From Chloroflexales bacterium (GTDB lineage Bacteria; Chloroflexota; Chloroflexia; Chloroflexales; Chloroflexaceae), in NCBI GenBank assembly GCA_038247995.1, contig JBBRUG010000135.1, forward strand, positions 1-14,683: a DNA stretch of 14,683 nt, read 5' to 3'. Below, in pieces: positions 4,817 through 14,520 of the stretch; within the stretch, counting starts at the first letter, position 1, and every line of letters starts with the position of its first letter. The notes under the pieces are model-generated. The model saw only the letters and a list, made by a program, of their open reading frames with translations. It did not search any database and was not told where the DNA came from. The position numbers were made by a program, and so were the translations under genes.

Positions 4817-7800
4817 TTACCGCGCCGTTAGCGGCAGGAACAGCCGCAGCGGCTGCGTCACGGGGAGTTGCGCCCGTACATACACCAGTTCAATTGTCAC
4901 GATATCCGAGACTGCGGGGTTGAAGCGCGATTGTGCCCGGACGCGCATCGTCTTGATGTCGCCCGGCGCGATTGTGTCCGGCACAGTGACTGTCACGCTG
5001 ATGCTGCGCAAGGTCTGGCCGGGGTTCAGGATCAGCGCCGTGCGCGGCGCAATCGTCAGCCCCCAACCGTCGTCAACGTCCAGCGCTTCCAGGTCGAAGG
5101 TGTCTGCTGCATTGCCCCGGTTGGTTAGCGCCAGCGGGCTAAGCAGCACCGACCCGCTCGCCTCAGTGACGCCACGAACCTGGCTCGCCGCCAGGTCTAC
5201 GGCGGCGCTGCGCTGCACAGTCACCTGATCTTCGACGAAGTCGCGGCTCACATTGGGCGCCGCAAGCGAGACTGCATCGACGCGCACGAAGGCCAGTTCG
5301 CCGGACGGTGTGCCGTCGGGGATCTGCAATGTCATCGTGATCACCTGGCTCTGGCCTGGCCCCAGGTCGATCAGGTTTGGCGCGGCGCTCGCCGGGAAGC
5401 CGCGCGCCTCGGCGGCAAAGAGTTGGTAACTGTCGGCGGTGGTGCCGATGTTGGTTACGGTGTGCGTGAGCGTAACCGTCGAATTCGGCAGCGCGCTGCT
5501 GATCCGGTCGGGCGTGATCAGCACCTCGAACGGTTCGCCTACCAGCAAGGTGTTCTCGGCGCTGGCCAGCACATCGGTTGTGCCTGCGGCACGCACATTC
5601 ACGGTGATCAGGTTGGTGGTTCCACCGGTCACGTCGGGTGCGCTGACTTCAATCGTAACCGTAGTTGTTTCGCCCGGCGCCAGTTCCGCCGTGGGGTTCG
5701 CCGAGGTGATCTGCGACGCCGGCCAGCCGGGTTGGCTATTAGTGGCCTCCAGCTCGTAGCTCAGTGGCGTGCTGCCGGTATTGGTCAGTGTATGTGTAAA
5801 GGTGACGCTGGTATTCGCCTGGGTGGCCTGATTCGTGCCCGGCGAGAGCGCCGCTCCATCAATCGCGCTGATCCGAGCTGTGTCCACCACCGCGGCGCTG
5901 ACCGCCGGTTGGCCCTGCGAGGTGGCCGTTACCGTGATCACCGACTCAGTGTCGGCGGCGACGCCGGTGGGCACGCGCACCTGCACGCTTACCGTACGCG
6001 ATGCGTTGCGCGGCACGTTCAGCAAGGTAGTCGGGCTGATCGTCACACTGAAGGCCGGGTCGGTCTGGTTGAAGCTGAGGTTGAAGCTGTCCGGCCCGTT
6101 GCCGGTATTGGTGAGCGTATGGTTGAAGGTGAGCAGTTGATCGGGTTCGCCGGTTTGATCCTGTGGTGTGGGTGTGAAGGTGAGCGCACCGGCGAAGGCC
6201 ACGGTGACGGTAGCGACGGCGCTCACCTCAATGTTGGTTGCCGGCGCGGTGTTGTTGGCCAGGATGCGCACGCGCACGCTGTAGGCGCCTGCGGTGGCAT
6301 TGGCCGGCACCTGCACCACGGTTGTGATCGTACAGGTTGGCGTCTCGCTGGGCGACACTGTGCCGCTGGTACATGTGCTCGACTGGCTTTGGATCGTCCA
6401 GCCGGTCGGCAGGTCGCCCGCCTGTACGCCGGGCAGCGTGAAGGGCACCGCTGCGTTGCCCGCGTTGCGGATATTGTGGACGATGGTTACGTTGGTGGCG
6501 GGGGCGAGGCCCGGCACCGGCTGGGGCGTAATTGTTGCTGCGCCGACGAACACCGGCGCGCCGCCGCCGACAACGCGGATAATCCCGGCTGCATTCTGGT
6601 TCCCTGGCGTGCCGGTTCCGCCCACACCGGCGGCGGTGACGCTGAAGTTATAGGCGCCGATAACAGGCGGTGCTACAGTCGGCACAATTGCCGTCACCGT
6701 TACGGTCTGGCTGGCGCCGGCGGCCAGCGTGAAGTTGCCGCTCGGACTCACGCCGAAGCTGATATTCGAGGTTGGCGTTGTTGCAGTCGGCGGCGTAACC
6801 TGGAAGGTGTCGCTGGCGTTGCCGGTATTGGTCAGCAGGTAGGTGTACGCGGCGCTGCTGCCCGGCGGGCGGCTCTGGTCGGTGGGCGGCTGGGCCACAA
6901 ACGTGAAGCTGCGCACCACGGCTACGCTGATCGTGTCGGTGACTTCGGACGATTGCAATGCGCCTGCCGCCACGCGGAAGCGGAACTGCACATTGCCTGC
7001 CGGCGGTGTGCCGGGCGTATTCACCACAATCCGCAGCGTGGTGCTGGCGCCACCGGCCAGGTTGGTCTGATCGAGCGTTGCCGATGCAATCGTCCAGCCG
7101 GTGGGCGGCGTGCCCACGAAGGTCGGACCAATCACGCTGAACGTACCGGCCTGGTCGCCGATATTGGTGACGGTATGGTTGAAGGTCACCGTCGCGCCGC
7201 TGCGTGGCAGCGTCTGGTTGCCGGAAACCTGTGGCGTGGCCGGGTTGTTGCTCGGCACCGTGGCGGTGGTGGTAAGGGTCACGACGGCTGAGGTGAGCGC
7301 GTCGAGGCGCGCTTGCACGGTCGTAGTATCGACAGTGCCGGCTGCCGTGCCGGGCGGCACGCTGACATCGACCGTGAAGTTCACATTGCCGTTGGCCGGC
7401 ACCGTCACCAACACGGGGCCGCTCGTCCAACCCTGGGTGGTGGAATAGACAATACTGTAAGTGCGCTCGGCGCCGACATTGTGGGCCAGGTTGAGCGTAT
7501 AGGTTGCGCTCGCGCCGGTCTGCACACTGCGCGCCGTGGGCGCTGTGCCGGTGAGCGTCAGCGTCGGTGTAGCCGTACAGACGCCGGTAGCAACCACATC
7601 CAGTGCGTTGGAGAAGGGCGAGGTGTTGTTATTGGTTGTATTGCGCGCCGTGGCCGTAATCCAGCTCAGACAGCCGGCGACGTTGGCGCTGAACACGCCG
7701 CCGGCGTTCGCCGTCACCTGGGTGAGGTAGACCGGCCCTTCGCCGTTGCGGTCGCTGAGCGTCCCTGCGCCGGTGAAAATCTCGATACTACAATTGGCGC

Positions 7801-10003
7801 AACCGGCGGCTGTGCCGGTAATGGTCGGCGAGCCGTTGGTGACGGCATTGAACGTCGGCGCGGCGAGGTTGCCGTTCGCGCCCGAGGCCAGCGCGATGCC
7901 GTTCTCCTCATTGTTCTGCGTCGTCGTCTGCGAGACGCGCACGCCCTGGGCGTTCGTGACCAGAATGCCGTGCCCGGCGAAGAAGTCGCCATTGTCGATC
8001 AGGCGGTTGCCGTTGAAGGTGTTATTGTTGGCAACGGTTGAACCAGAACCGACTGCAATGCCGTGGTAGGGTTCGAAACTGATGCTGCTTGCGCCGTTAA
8101 AGGCAACCAGGTTGTTGGTGAAGGTGTTGCCGGTGCCGGCGATCAACCTGATCCCGTCTTGCTCGTTGCGCGGTGCCTGGAGAATGTTCAGTTCACCCGA
8201 GGCGCGCGTGCCGATCAGGTTGTCGGCGACGGTATTGTTATTCTCATTATTAAAATTGATTCCCCGACCGACGCCGCCGATTACATTGGCGCGTAGCGTG
8301 TTGCCGGTGCTGTTATTGATTCGGATGCCCTCGCGGTTGATCCGGTCGCCGAGGTTGGTGAGCAAGCGGCTGTCGCCGGCGGCATTCAGACCAATATAGT
8401 TCCCCTCAACGGTGTTGTTGCTCACGGCGCAGGCACCGCTACACACACCGCCGGCGCCGGGCTGAACCAGCACGCCGGCGCCCGATCCCGAGCCGCTGAA
8501 GCCGCCGGCCGCAATCACATTGCGCTCGCCCGGTGTTGGCCCGCCGATCCGGTTGGCCGTGCCGTTTTCGATAGTGACCGCCGCATCGCCGCTGGCAAAG
8601 CCGAGTAGGGCGGCCGTTGCGCCCGATGTGAGCGACGATTGGGAGCCGGCGGGGTTGGTGCCGATCCGGTTGCCGCTCACGACGTTATTCGCCGAGCGGA
8701 TGCGCACCTGGAATGTCCGGCTACCGGCGATTACATTGCCCGGGCCGACGGTGACGACACCGGTGGAAGAGGCATTTTTCTGGCCGATCCAGATGCCTTC
8801 GCCGCCGCTGGCTGCGCCGGCGGTGCAATTGCCCAAAATTGTCGTACCATTGCGCGCCAGGCCGATATAGTTCCCAACAATCGTGGTGGCGCCGGTGGCG
8901 AAGGACGTATCGCGCACTTCAATGCCGCGCAGATTGTTCCCGGCAATCGCATTACGGCCTGCTGTAGGATCAGCTGGATCGCCGATGATTGTGTTGATCG
9001 GGCCGACAACGCCGCTGCCGAGCAGAATACCGACCCGGTTCTGGATCGCTGTGCCGGTGGGGGTTACGCCAATGTCGTTGGCGACGATTTGGGTGTCACG
9101 CGGCACACCCGAATCGGCCAGTGTGGTTGCGCTGGTGAAGACGACGATTCCGGCTACGGTTGGGCCGGCGGTATGTCCGCCGATCAGGTTGGCGCGGATC
9201 AGCGTGCTGCGCGCATACTCGCCCACGAAGACGCCGCCGGTGCGATTGGCCGGGCCGCCGCTGATCGCCGCCGTACCTGCCGCATTGGTGCCGATGTTAT
9301 TGCCGACAATGCGATTGTTGGCGATCACCTGACTCGATCCGATTTCGTCGATCAGCGCTACATCGGCAATGGCGTTGCCGCTAATCACATTGCGCTGGCC
9401 GGCAGCCGTGCCGCCAAGATCGTTATTGCTGGCGCCGTTATCGAATAAAACACCATAGGCGCCGTTGGCCGCGGCGCTGATCCCATCGGTGGTGGTGCCG
9501 ATGCGGTTGTTGTAGATCCGGTTGCCGGTAGCTTGTGCGCCGCCGACGTAGATACCGGCGCCACTTTGCGCCAGATCGCTGCCGGCCGGGAAGCGATTGA
9601 TCACCAGCCCGCGCACTTCGTTATTTGCCGAGGTGATGCGCAGCCCATGCCCGACGCCGCCGCCGGCTTGCAGATCGACGCCGCTCAGGCTGACGCTGAA
9701 GGTCGTGCCGCCATTGATGGTCGTGCCGCCGTCGCCGCCGAGCGCGGGCAGGGCTGTGGCCGGACGGATCTCGCCGGTTATGCTGAAGGTGATTGTTGCC
9801 GCGCCGGTAACGGCATTCGCGGCGTTGATCGCCTCGCGCAAGGTGCAGCCGTTGGGGGTAGCGGTACAGGCGCCGTCATTGGTGTCGGCGAGCGAGTTTA
9901 CGACAAAGCTCGTCTGCGCCTGCACCGGTCGGGCGACCGGGGCAATGCCGGCAAACAGGATGAGCAGCACGAGTAGGCAGCTGCGGCGGGCTGAAAGCGG
10001 CAC
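4817..10003 (-). CDS. Giant secreted protein of ~1728 aa. It has a signal peptide, a CSLREA-type N-terminal domain (NGCTLREAINAANA), a long right-handed parallel beta-helix (PbH1) repeat region, a Cys-containing linker domain and ~8 DUF11/'conserved repeat domain' modules.
   Basis: The start is reassigned to GTG 10003 (SD AAGGAGG 6 nt upstream), which gives MPLSARRSCLLVLLILFAGIAPVARPVQA as signal peptide. Reiterated ~22-aa N.IG.N..G...G beta-helix repeats are present. DUF11 modules are recognised by T.T.T.TN.G...D.F.L...GW...L.PG.S..V...V.VP. Recognition of the CSLREA domain family relies on my memory of TIGR04214. Confidence 0.85.
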   Translation of the reverse strand: MPLSARRSCLLVLLILFAGIAPVARPVQAQTSFVVNSLADTNDGACTATPNGCTLREAINAANAVTGAATITFSITGEIRPATALPALGGDGGTTINGGTTFSVSLSGVDLQAGGGVGHGLRITSANNEVRGLVINRFPAGSDLAQSGAGIYVGGAQATGNRIYNNRIGTTTDGISAAANGAYGVLFDNGASNNDLGGTAAGQRNVISGNAIADVALIDEIGSSQVIANNRIVGNNIGTNAAGTAAISGGPANRTGGVFVGEYARSTLIRANLIGGHTAGPTVAGIVVFTSATTLADSGVPRDTQIVANDIGVTPTGTAIQNRVGILLGSGVVGPINTIIGDPADPTAGRNAIAGNNLRGIEVRDTSFATGATTIVGNYIGLARNGTTILGNCTAGAASGGEGIWIGQKNASSTGVVTVGPGNVIAGSRTFQVRIRSANNVVSGNRIGTNPAGSQSSLTSGATAALLGFASGDAAVTIENGTANRIGGPTPGERNVIAAGGFSGSGSGAGVLVQPGAGGVCSGACAVSNNTVEGNYIGLNAAGDSRLLTNLGDRINREGIRINNSTGNTLRANVIGGVGRGINFNNENNNTVADNLIGTRASGELNILQAPRNEQDGIRLIAGTGNTFTNNLVAFNGASSISFEPYHGIAVGSGSTVANNNTFNGNRLIDNGDFFAGHGILVTNAQGVRVSQTTTQNNEENGIALASGANGNLAAPTFNAVTNGSPTITGTAAGCANCSIEIFTGAGTLSDRNGEGPVYLTQVTANAGGVFSANVAGCLSWITATARNTTNNNTSPFSNALDVVATGVCTATPTLTLTGTAPTARSVQTGASATYTLNLAHNVGAERTYSIVYSTTQGWTSGPVLVTVPANGNVNFTVDVSVPPGTAAGTVDTTTVQARLDALTSAVVTLTTTATVPSNNPATPQVSGNQTLPRSGATVTFNHTVTNIGDQAGTFSVIGPTFVGTPPTGWTIASATLDQTNLAGGASTTLRIVVNTPGTPPAGNVQFRFRVAAGALQSSEVTDTISVAVVRSFTFVAQPPTDQSRPPGSSAAYTYLLTNTGNASDTFQVTPPTATTPTSNISFGVSPSGNFTLAAGASQTVTVTAIVPTVAPPVIGAYNFSVTAAGVGGTGTPGNQNAAGIIRVVGGGAPVFVGAATITPQPVPGLAPATNVTIVHNIRNAGNAAVPFTLPGVQAGDLPTGWTIQSQSSTCTSGTVSPSETPTCTITTVVQVPANATAGAYSVRVRILANNTAPATNIEVSAVATVTVAFAGALTFTPTPQDQTGEPDQLLTFNHTLTNTGNGPDSFNLSFNQTDPAFSVTISPTTLLNVPRNASRTVSVQVRVPTGVAADTESVITVTATSQGQPAVSAAVVDTARISAIDGAALSPGTNQATQANTSVTFTHTLTNTGSTPLSYELEATNSQPGWPASQITSANPTAELAPGETTTVTIEVSAPDVTGGTTNLITVNVRAAGTTDVLASAENTLLVGEPFEVLITPDRISSALPNSTVTLTHTVTNIGTTADSYQLFAAEARGFPASAAPNLIDLGPGQSQVITMTLQIPDGTPSGELAFVRVDAVSLAAPNVSRDFVEDQVTVQRSAAVDLAASQVRGVTEASGSVLLSPLALTNRGNAADTFDLEALDVDDGWGLTIAPRTALILNPGQTLRSISVTVTVPDTIAPGDIKTMRVRAQSRFNPAVSDIVTIELVYVRAQLPVTQPLRLFLPLTAR

Positions 10004-10233
10004 GGCGCTCCTCCTTTGGCAAAGTTTCAAGTGGCAGGCGATAGGCAGCAGAATCGTGGGGCCACGGAGGAATGTGGGCCGCAGGAAGAACGAGGCTGCG
10101 GCGGCATCGGATGGCCGAAGCGCTGCGGCGGTTGTCGCGCTGATCCGGATGGCTCCCCGGCGTATGCTTCGGCCTTACAGCCACACCTCAGATGATCTGG
10201 TATTGCGCATCCGGCGGTGACACCTAGTAGTTC

Positions 10234-10289
10234 GTCAGAGCTACTCTGACAGATAGAGGTGGGGCCAGGGGAGGGCTTTGCCCTCCCCT
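10234..10289. other. Two perfect small hairpins in the 326-bp spacer between the giant genes: GTCAGAG-cta-CTCTGAC at 10234-10250 and AGGGGAGGGC-ttt-GCCCTCCCCT at 10267-10289.
   Basis: Perfect 7-bp and 10-bp palindromic stems, read directly. Neither is followed by a T/U tract on either strand, so a function as an intrinsic terminator for gene B is uncertain. Confidence 0.4.
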
Positions 10290-10328
10290 GAAACCCATCC
10301 CACACGTCAATCTAGGATTGACAGGCTA

Positions 10329-13300
10329 CTAGAGTGCCTGCATGGTTGTTCCGGCCTGGTCGGGTGTGGGCTCTTCGGATGGCGGCGCTGCCGGCGGTGG
10401 TGCGGCAGGCGCTGCGCCGATCACTGGCAGGTAGAGCCGGGGCAGAATAAAGCCCTCAGTGACCGTGATTGTATCGACCACGTTGGCGCCGATCGTTCCG
10501 CCCGTCGCCGGATCGGTGAGAAAAATGTTGACGACCTCGATGTCACCCGGTAGGCGGCTCTCGTTGAGGCGCACATTCACCCGCAGTTGCATGCTGCTCT
10601 GGCGGCCCTCAATCGGCGCATCCAGGGTGACGGTGTTATTGATAATCTGGACACCCGGCGTGTTTGAAACCAATGTTACTTCGCTGCCGAAGTTGGTCGT
10701 AATGTTGAAGCGGAACGTCGCTAAGCCATTACTGCGATTGAGCAGTTCGTGGAAGAAGGTGACGGTGGCGCCGGCGCGGGCGTTCTGCGCCTGATCGGAG
10801 AAGAACTCGGCGATCGGCTCCAGGACTACGCCGGTGGTGTCGCTAAAGGTGACCGTTGCGGCAGGGTAGCCTTGGGCGGTGGCCGTAAGCAAGGTTGTAG
10901 CGCGCACCGGATTGCCTTCACCGTCGTTGACCTGGGCGTTTTGCGGCACGGTGACATTAACGGCAATATCTTGCGACTGGCCGGGGGCGAGCGAGAATTC
11001 GCTGATGCTTACCGTCGTCGTCCAGACCCGCCCGCTATCCGCCGGATCGACGGTGCGCTGGTCGATATTCACCAGGACGGGAATATTGCCGTCGTTGGTG
11101 ATCCGATGCTGGTAGGTGGCCCGATCGCCAGGGGCGGCGAAGCCAAGCGGATTCTGGCGCGGCTCGACGCGCAGTACCGGCCGAGCTTCGGTGCTTGTCT
11201 CCAGCACCAGGGTGGCCGTGGCGGTGACGACTCCCGGCGAGTCGATCGTCACGCGGGTGCGATCGGTGATCGGGAAGGCCGCGTTCGGGTTGGTGCCCAC
11301 CGGCAAGGTAACCGTAACCGTAATATCGCGGGTTGCGCCGGCAGCGAGCAGTGGCAGCGGTTCGGGGTTAAACTCAGCCGTCCAGCCGTCCAGCGTCTCG
11401 CTGGTGACATAACGCAGGTTGCTGAAATCGACTGTGCCGGTATTGCGCAACTGCAACCGATAATCGACGCTTTCAGTTGGGGCGGCAGTAGCTTGGGGCG
11501 GCGCCGGGTCGATCGCGATGAGTTCGAGCCCGTAGGTGGCGGTGAAGACGGCGAATGCAGAAGTGTTGCCGAAGCTATCGGTGGCGGCAAGCAGCAACTG
11601 GCCGGGCACGCCCTCCTCGATCCGCCCAGTGAAGTTGCCTTCAGTATCGACGATGATTGTTGCGCCGGTAGCGAAGCTGAGCACGTCCCAGCCCTGGCCG
11701 TCGGGGGTGGGCAGGGTCGGGTCAGCGCCAAACGCCTGAATAGTACAGGGTGCGGCGCAGGCCGAGATCGGGGTCAGATCATTCTCGCTAAGTAGCGGCG
11801 TGGTATTGGTGCGCGTGATCACCTGCCCCTGAATCGTGCCGTCCTGGAAGAGGCGCAGCGCGAAGGGCGGGTCGATATCGTGGTTGGCGCCGGGGTTCGC
11901 TTGCGCCGGATCAGCGCCGCTACCGGAGTAGATCGAGGTGCCTTCAAGCAGCACCGTGCCGCCGTTGGCTGCCATACGGTTGCTCGCGAGGCGAATACGC
12001 AGGACGTCTTCAGCAAGGCGGACGGCTTCATCGGCGTTGGCGCGAATCGTATTAGCGCGCAGAGTGACATTAAACGATGTGCCGTCGACCAAAACGCCTT
12101 CGGCGGTGCTATTGTTGAAGAGGTTGCCTTCGACAGTGCCGGTGAGCGCATTGGTGAGTTGCAAGTTCGGGCTGCCGCTGTAACGCACGCTGTTCGAGAT
12201 CACCTCGAAGGCGCGTACATTGCTGAACAGAATGCCCTGCGCGTTCCCGACATCGGTGAAGATAGTGGGCGCCGCGGTAGGCAAGAAGCCGATCTCATTC
12301 AGACGCAGGCTGACCGTAAGTGGTTCGGTACTGGTGACCGGCGGAGGCTCAGCGGGAATACCGCTGACGGTGATTGCCGCAGCACCGCTTTCGGCAATAG
12401 TATTGGCGTGGACGCGCACATCGCCGCCGCCGAGCACGCGCACACCGTCGCCTGCATTGCCCGCCGGTACCACATAAGCGCTGACGCTGCTGCCGAGGAG
12501 CGCGTTACGAGCCAGGCCGAAGCTATTGCCCGCGACGGTTACGCTGAGCGTGTCGGTGCCGCTGATGACCACCCCATGGCCTTCGGCGCCAAGGTTGCCG
12601 GCGATGTAGTTGCGGCCATTTTCGCCGCCAACAAGCGTATTTTCACTATCGATAATGCTGACGCCGGGGCCGCTGTTGCCGCGGGTGGCGGTGCGATCAC
12701 GGTCAAGACCGATGAAACTGCTCTGAATGGTGCTGCCCGTCGCGCCGTTGAGTTGCACACCGAAGCCGCCGTTACCGGAAATAATACTACTGCGAATAAT
12801 TGTCCCGGCGGCATTCTCGACAAAGACACCGCCGAGGGTGTTTGCTACCTGATTGGTTCCGGTTGCCGCACCCGAACTTGGTGGCGTGACACCGATCAAT
12901 GCGCCGAGGATCTGCGTTCCGCTGGCGCCGCCGCGTACATGGACACCGTAGCCAGTGTTACCGCTGATACGCACACCACTGGTTGTGCCCTGAATGACGG
13001 TATTTGTTGCTCCGACATCAATAAGCACACCACCGGTATTATTGCCGCGCGCGCTATTGCCGCTTTGAGTAGTTCCAACAAATGTGGTTCCAATCATGCG
13101 ATTACCATTCGTAACCTGACCCTGAATGAAGTTACGAATGATTACCCCGTAACCATTATTGTCACTAATCACGAGTGGCGCAGACGAAGGGCCGTTGAGC
13201 GAGTTATTGCCGGCACCATCTTCAATGACGATCCCCGCGCCGGTATTGGGCAGCGATCGCGTCCCATCGAGGCCAACCAGGTTTGCACGGATATTGTTCG

Positions 13301-14207
13301 AAATCGTCCCAGTTCCACTGAGCAGGATTCCAGCCTGTCCGTTAGCGCCAATGACATTGTACCTAGCTTGCGTGGTGCCGCCAATATTATTATTCTGGCT
13401 TATCCCGCTATTAGATGAGGCAATGCGTACACCGTACCCGGCATTCCCCCGCAGTTGAGCCCCGGCACCAAACCCAAACACGCCGATTTGATTGGTAGCT
13501 ATAGTATTGCCGGATGCATTGTTGATGAGGACACCGTTTGCAGTATTGCCTGCAATAGTATTCCCCAAGGCCCCACCAATGGTGTTATTCGTGGCCCCAC
13601 TACCCTGGATCCGAATACCAGTGACATTTGAGCCAATCGCAGGGATGTTGCCATCGAAACTCAGGCCAATGTAGCTTCCTTCAACACTGTTGCTACTACC
13701 AGTGATCAAGATTGCTGCACTATCAACTGCGCCGGGATTGGTGAAGCCATACAGCACTAAACCCCTGATTGCACCGCCATTTCCGGCAAGCTCTAAGCCA
13801 ACTCCCTTGCCACTTCCGTTGATCGCAATCCGGGGCAAGCCCTGAAAGAATGCGTCAACTTCAATATTTGAACCAGCGATTGGTGGCAATGGGGCAGGAT
13901 TGGTAAGCACTAGTTCTGCGCCGCCAGTTGACTGCCAGAGTTCGATAAGGAAGCCGATCGTTTTAGTGCCATTGAACGTAGATGCATTTGCCGCATCGAT
14001 CGCCTGACGCAAACTACAATTCGGATTGACAATATCGGGATCGATGCAGTGTGTTCCAGGTGTTGTGGTAAGCGCATCGCCGAGGTTGTCGACAATAAAT
14101 GCAACCTCTTCCTCGGCCTGCGCAGCGGCCTGTGGCGTTGCGGCAAAGGGAGCAAGGAGGAGGGCGACGAGAGTGAAGATCGGCAGCAAATGCCTGCGCA
14201 CAGACAT
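10329..14207 (-). CDS. Second giant secreted protein (1292 aa), paralogous to 4817-10003. It has a signal peptide, a CSLREA-type N-terminal domain (NCSLRQAIDAANA), a parallel beta-helix repeat region, a homologous Cys linker domain and ~3 DUF11 modules.
   Basis: The ATG at 14207 has TAAGGAG 6 nt upstream. The signal peptide is MSVRRHLLPIFTLVALLLAPFAATPQAAAQA. It has the same domain order as the first giant protein, including the linker (ACAAPCTIQAFGA... versus GCANCSIEIFTGA...). Confidence 0.9.
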   Translation of the reverse strand: MSVRRHLLPIFTLVALLLAPFAATPQAAAQAEEEVAFIVDNLGDALTTTPGTHCIDPDIVNPNCSLRQAIDAANASTFNGTKTIGFLIELWQSTGGAELVLTNPAPLPPIAGSNIEVDAFFQGLPRIAINGSGKGVGLELAGNGGAIRGLVLYGFTNPGAVDSAAILITGSSNSVEGSYIGLSFDGNIPAIGSNVTGIRIQGSGATNNTIGGALGNTIAGNTANGVLINNASGNTIATNQIGVFGFGAGAQLRGNAGYGVRIASSNSGISQNNNIGGTTQARYNVIGANGQAGILLSGTGTISNNIRANLVGLDGTRSLPNTGAGIVIEDGAGNNSLNGPSSAPLVISDNNGYGVIIRNFIQGQVTNGNRMIGTTFVGTTQSGNSARGNNTGGVLIDVGATNTVIQGTTSGVRISGNTGYGVHVRGGASGTQILGALIGVTPPSSGAATGTNQVANTLGGVFVENAAGTIIRSSIISGNGGFGVQLNGATGSTIQSSFIGLDRDRTATRGNSGPGVSIIDSENTLVGGENGRNYIAGNLGAEGHGVVISGTDTLSVTVAGNSFGLARNALLGSSVSAYVVPAGNAGDGVRVLGGGDVRVHANTIAESGAAAITVSGIPAEPPPVTSTEPLTVSLRLNEIGFLPTAAPTIFTDVGNAQGILFSNVRAFEVISNSVRYSGSPNLQLTNALTGTVEGNLFNNSTAEGVLVDGTSFNVTLRANTIRANADEAVRLAEDVLRIRLASNRMAANGGTVLLEGTSIYSGSGADPAQANPGANHDIDPPFALRLFQDGTIQGQVITRTNTTPLLSENDLTPISACAAPCTIQAFGADPTLPTPDGQGWDVLSFATGATIIVDTEGNFTGRIEEGVPGQLLLAATDSFGNTSAFAVFTATYGLELIAIDPAPPQATAAPTESVDYRLQLRNTGTVDFSNLRYVTSETLDGWTAEFNPEPLPLLAAGATRDITVTVTLPVGTNPNAAFPITDRTRVTIDSPGVVTATATLVLETSTEARPVLRVEPRQNPLGFAAPGDRATYQHRITNDGNIPVLVNIDQRTVDPADSGRVWTTTVSISEFSLAPGQSQDIAVNVTVPQNAQVNDGEGNPVRATTLLTATAQGYPAATVTFSDTTGVVLEPIAEFFSDQAQNARAGATVTFFHELLNRSNGLATFRFNITTNFGSEVTLVSNTPGVQIINNTVTLDAPIEGRQSSMQLRVNVRLNESRLPGDIEVVNIFLTDPATGGTIGANVVDTITVTEGFILPRLYLPVIGAAPAAPPPAAPPSEEPTPDQAGTTMQAL

Positions 14208-14360
14208 CGCGAACTCCTTACGCCGGCGAACGCGCGGCGGCTACAGGTTGGGGCGGATCAGCCGACTGTTATAATGAAATGAGTCATCAAGTTGTCAGCT
14301 TATTGTAGCATGAGATGTAAAAGGGCGTACAGGGGGTAGGGTAGGAAAGTGGTACCGGAT

Positions 14361-14520
14361 CGGGGCTGCGCGACCCATGGCGGGGCTGCGCCCCGTGCCT
14401 GCTGTTTCCTGGCGGGAAAGGATGGTTTGCGGGGCTGCGCGCCCCGCGCCCGCGCCAAAGGGGGCGGAGCTGCCGCCCCTCTGGACTCCCCCTGCCGGGG
14501 CGCTGCCCCTGGACCCCAAC
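14361..14520. repeat. Cluster of GC-rich hairpin repeats with core GGGGC-TGC-GCCCC (4 copies: 14361-14376, 14381-14395, 14429-14447, 14496-14512), plus GGGCGG-agctg-CCGCCC at ~14462-14478. REP-like elements or a structured RNA.
   Basis: The repeated motif and stems are read directly. ORFs through this region (14349..14585 +, 14300..14644 -) are Ala/Gly/Arg/Pro low-complexity with no RBS. Confidence 0.4.

Noticed and set aside
3969-5228. ORFs 3969..4346 (-), 4114..4338 (+), 4497..4817 (-), 4517..4744 (+), 4639..4923 (+), 4716..5228 (+), 4868..5128 (+)
   Set aside because: They overlap the well-supported small gene, aroQ, or the 3' end of the first giant gene in other frames. Composition is low-complexity and no RBS is present.
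5423-10305. Large plus-strand ORFs inside the first giant gene (for example 5423..7291, 622 aa; 7313..8041; 8639..9448; 9597..10220), minus-strand out-of-frame ORFs 6648..7430 and 7714..7992, and spacer ORFs 9876..10184 (-) and 10027..10305 (-)
   Set aside because: They are antisense or out of frame relative to a gene with unmistakable beta-helix and DUF11 repeat structure and a signal peptide. Gly/Arg/Ala-rich stop-free frames are expected at this GC content.
10278-13674. Plus-strand ORFs inside the second giant gene (10749..11795, 348 aa; 11880..13418, 512 aa; others), out-of-frame minus-strand ORFs, and 10278..10553 (+) across its 3' end
   Set aside because: Same reasoning: antisense or out-of-frame to a strongly supported secreted-protein gene, and no RBS.
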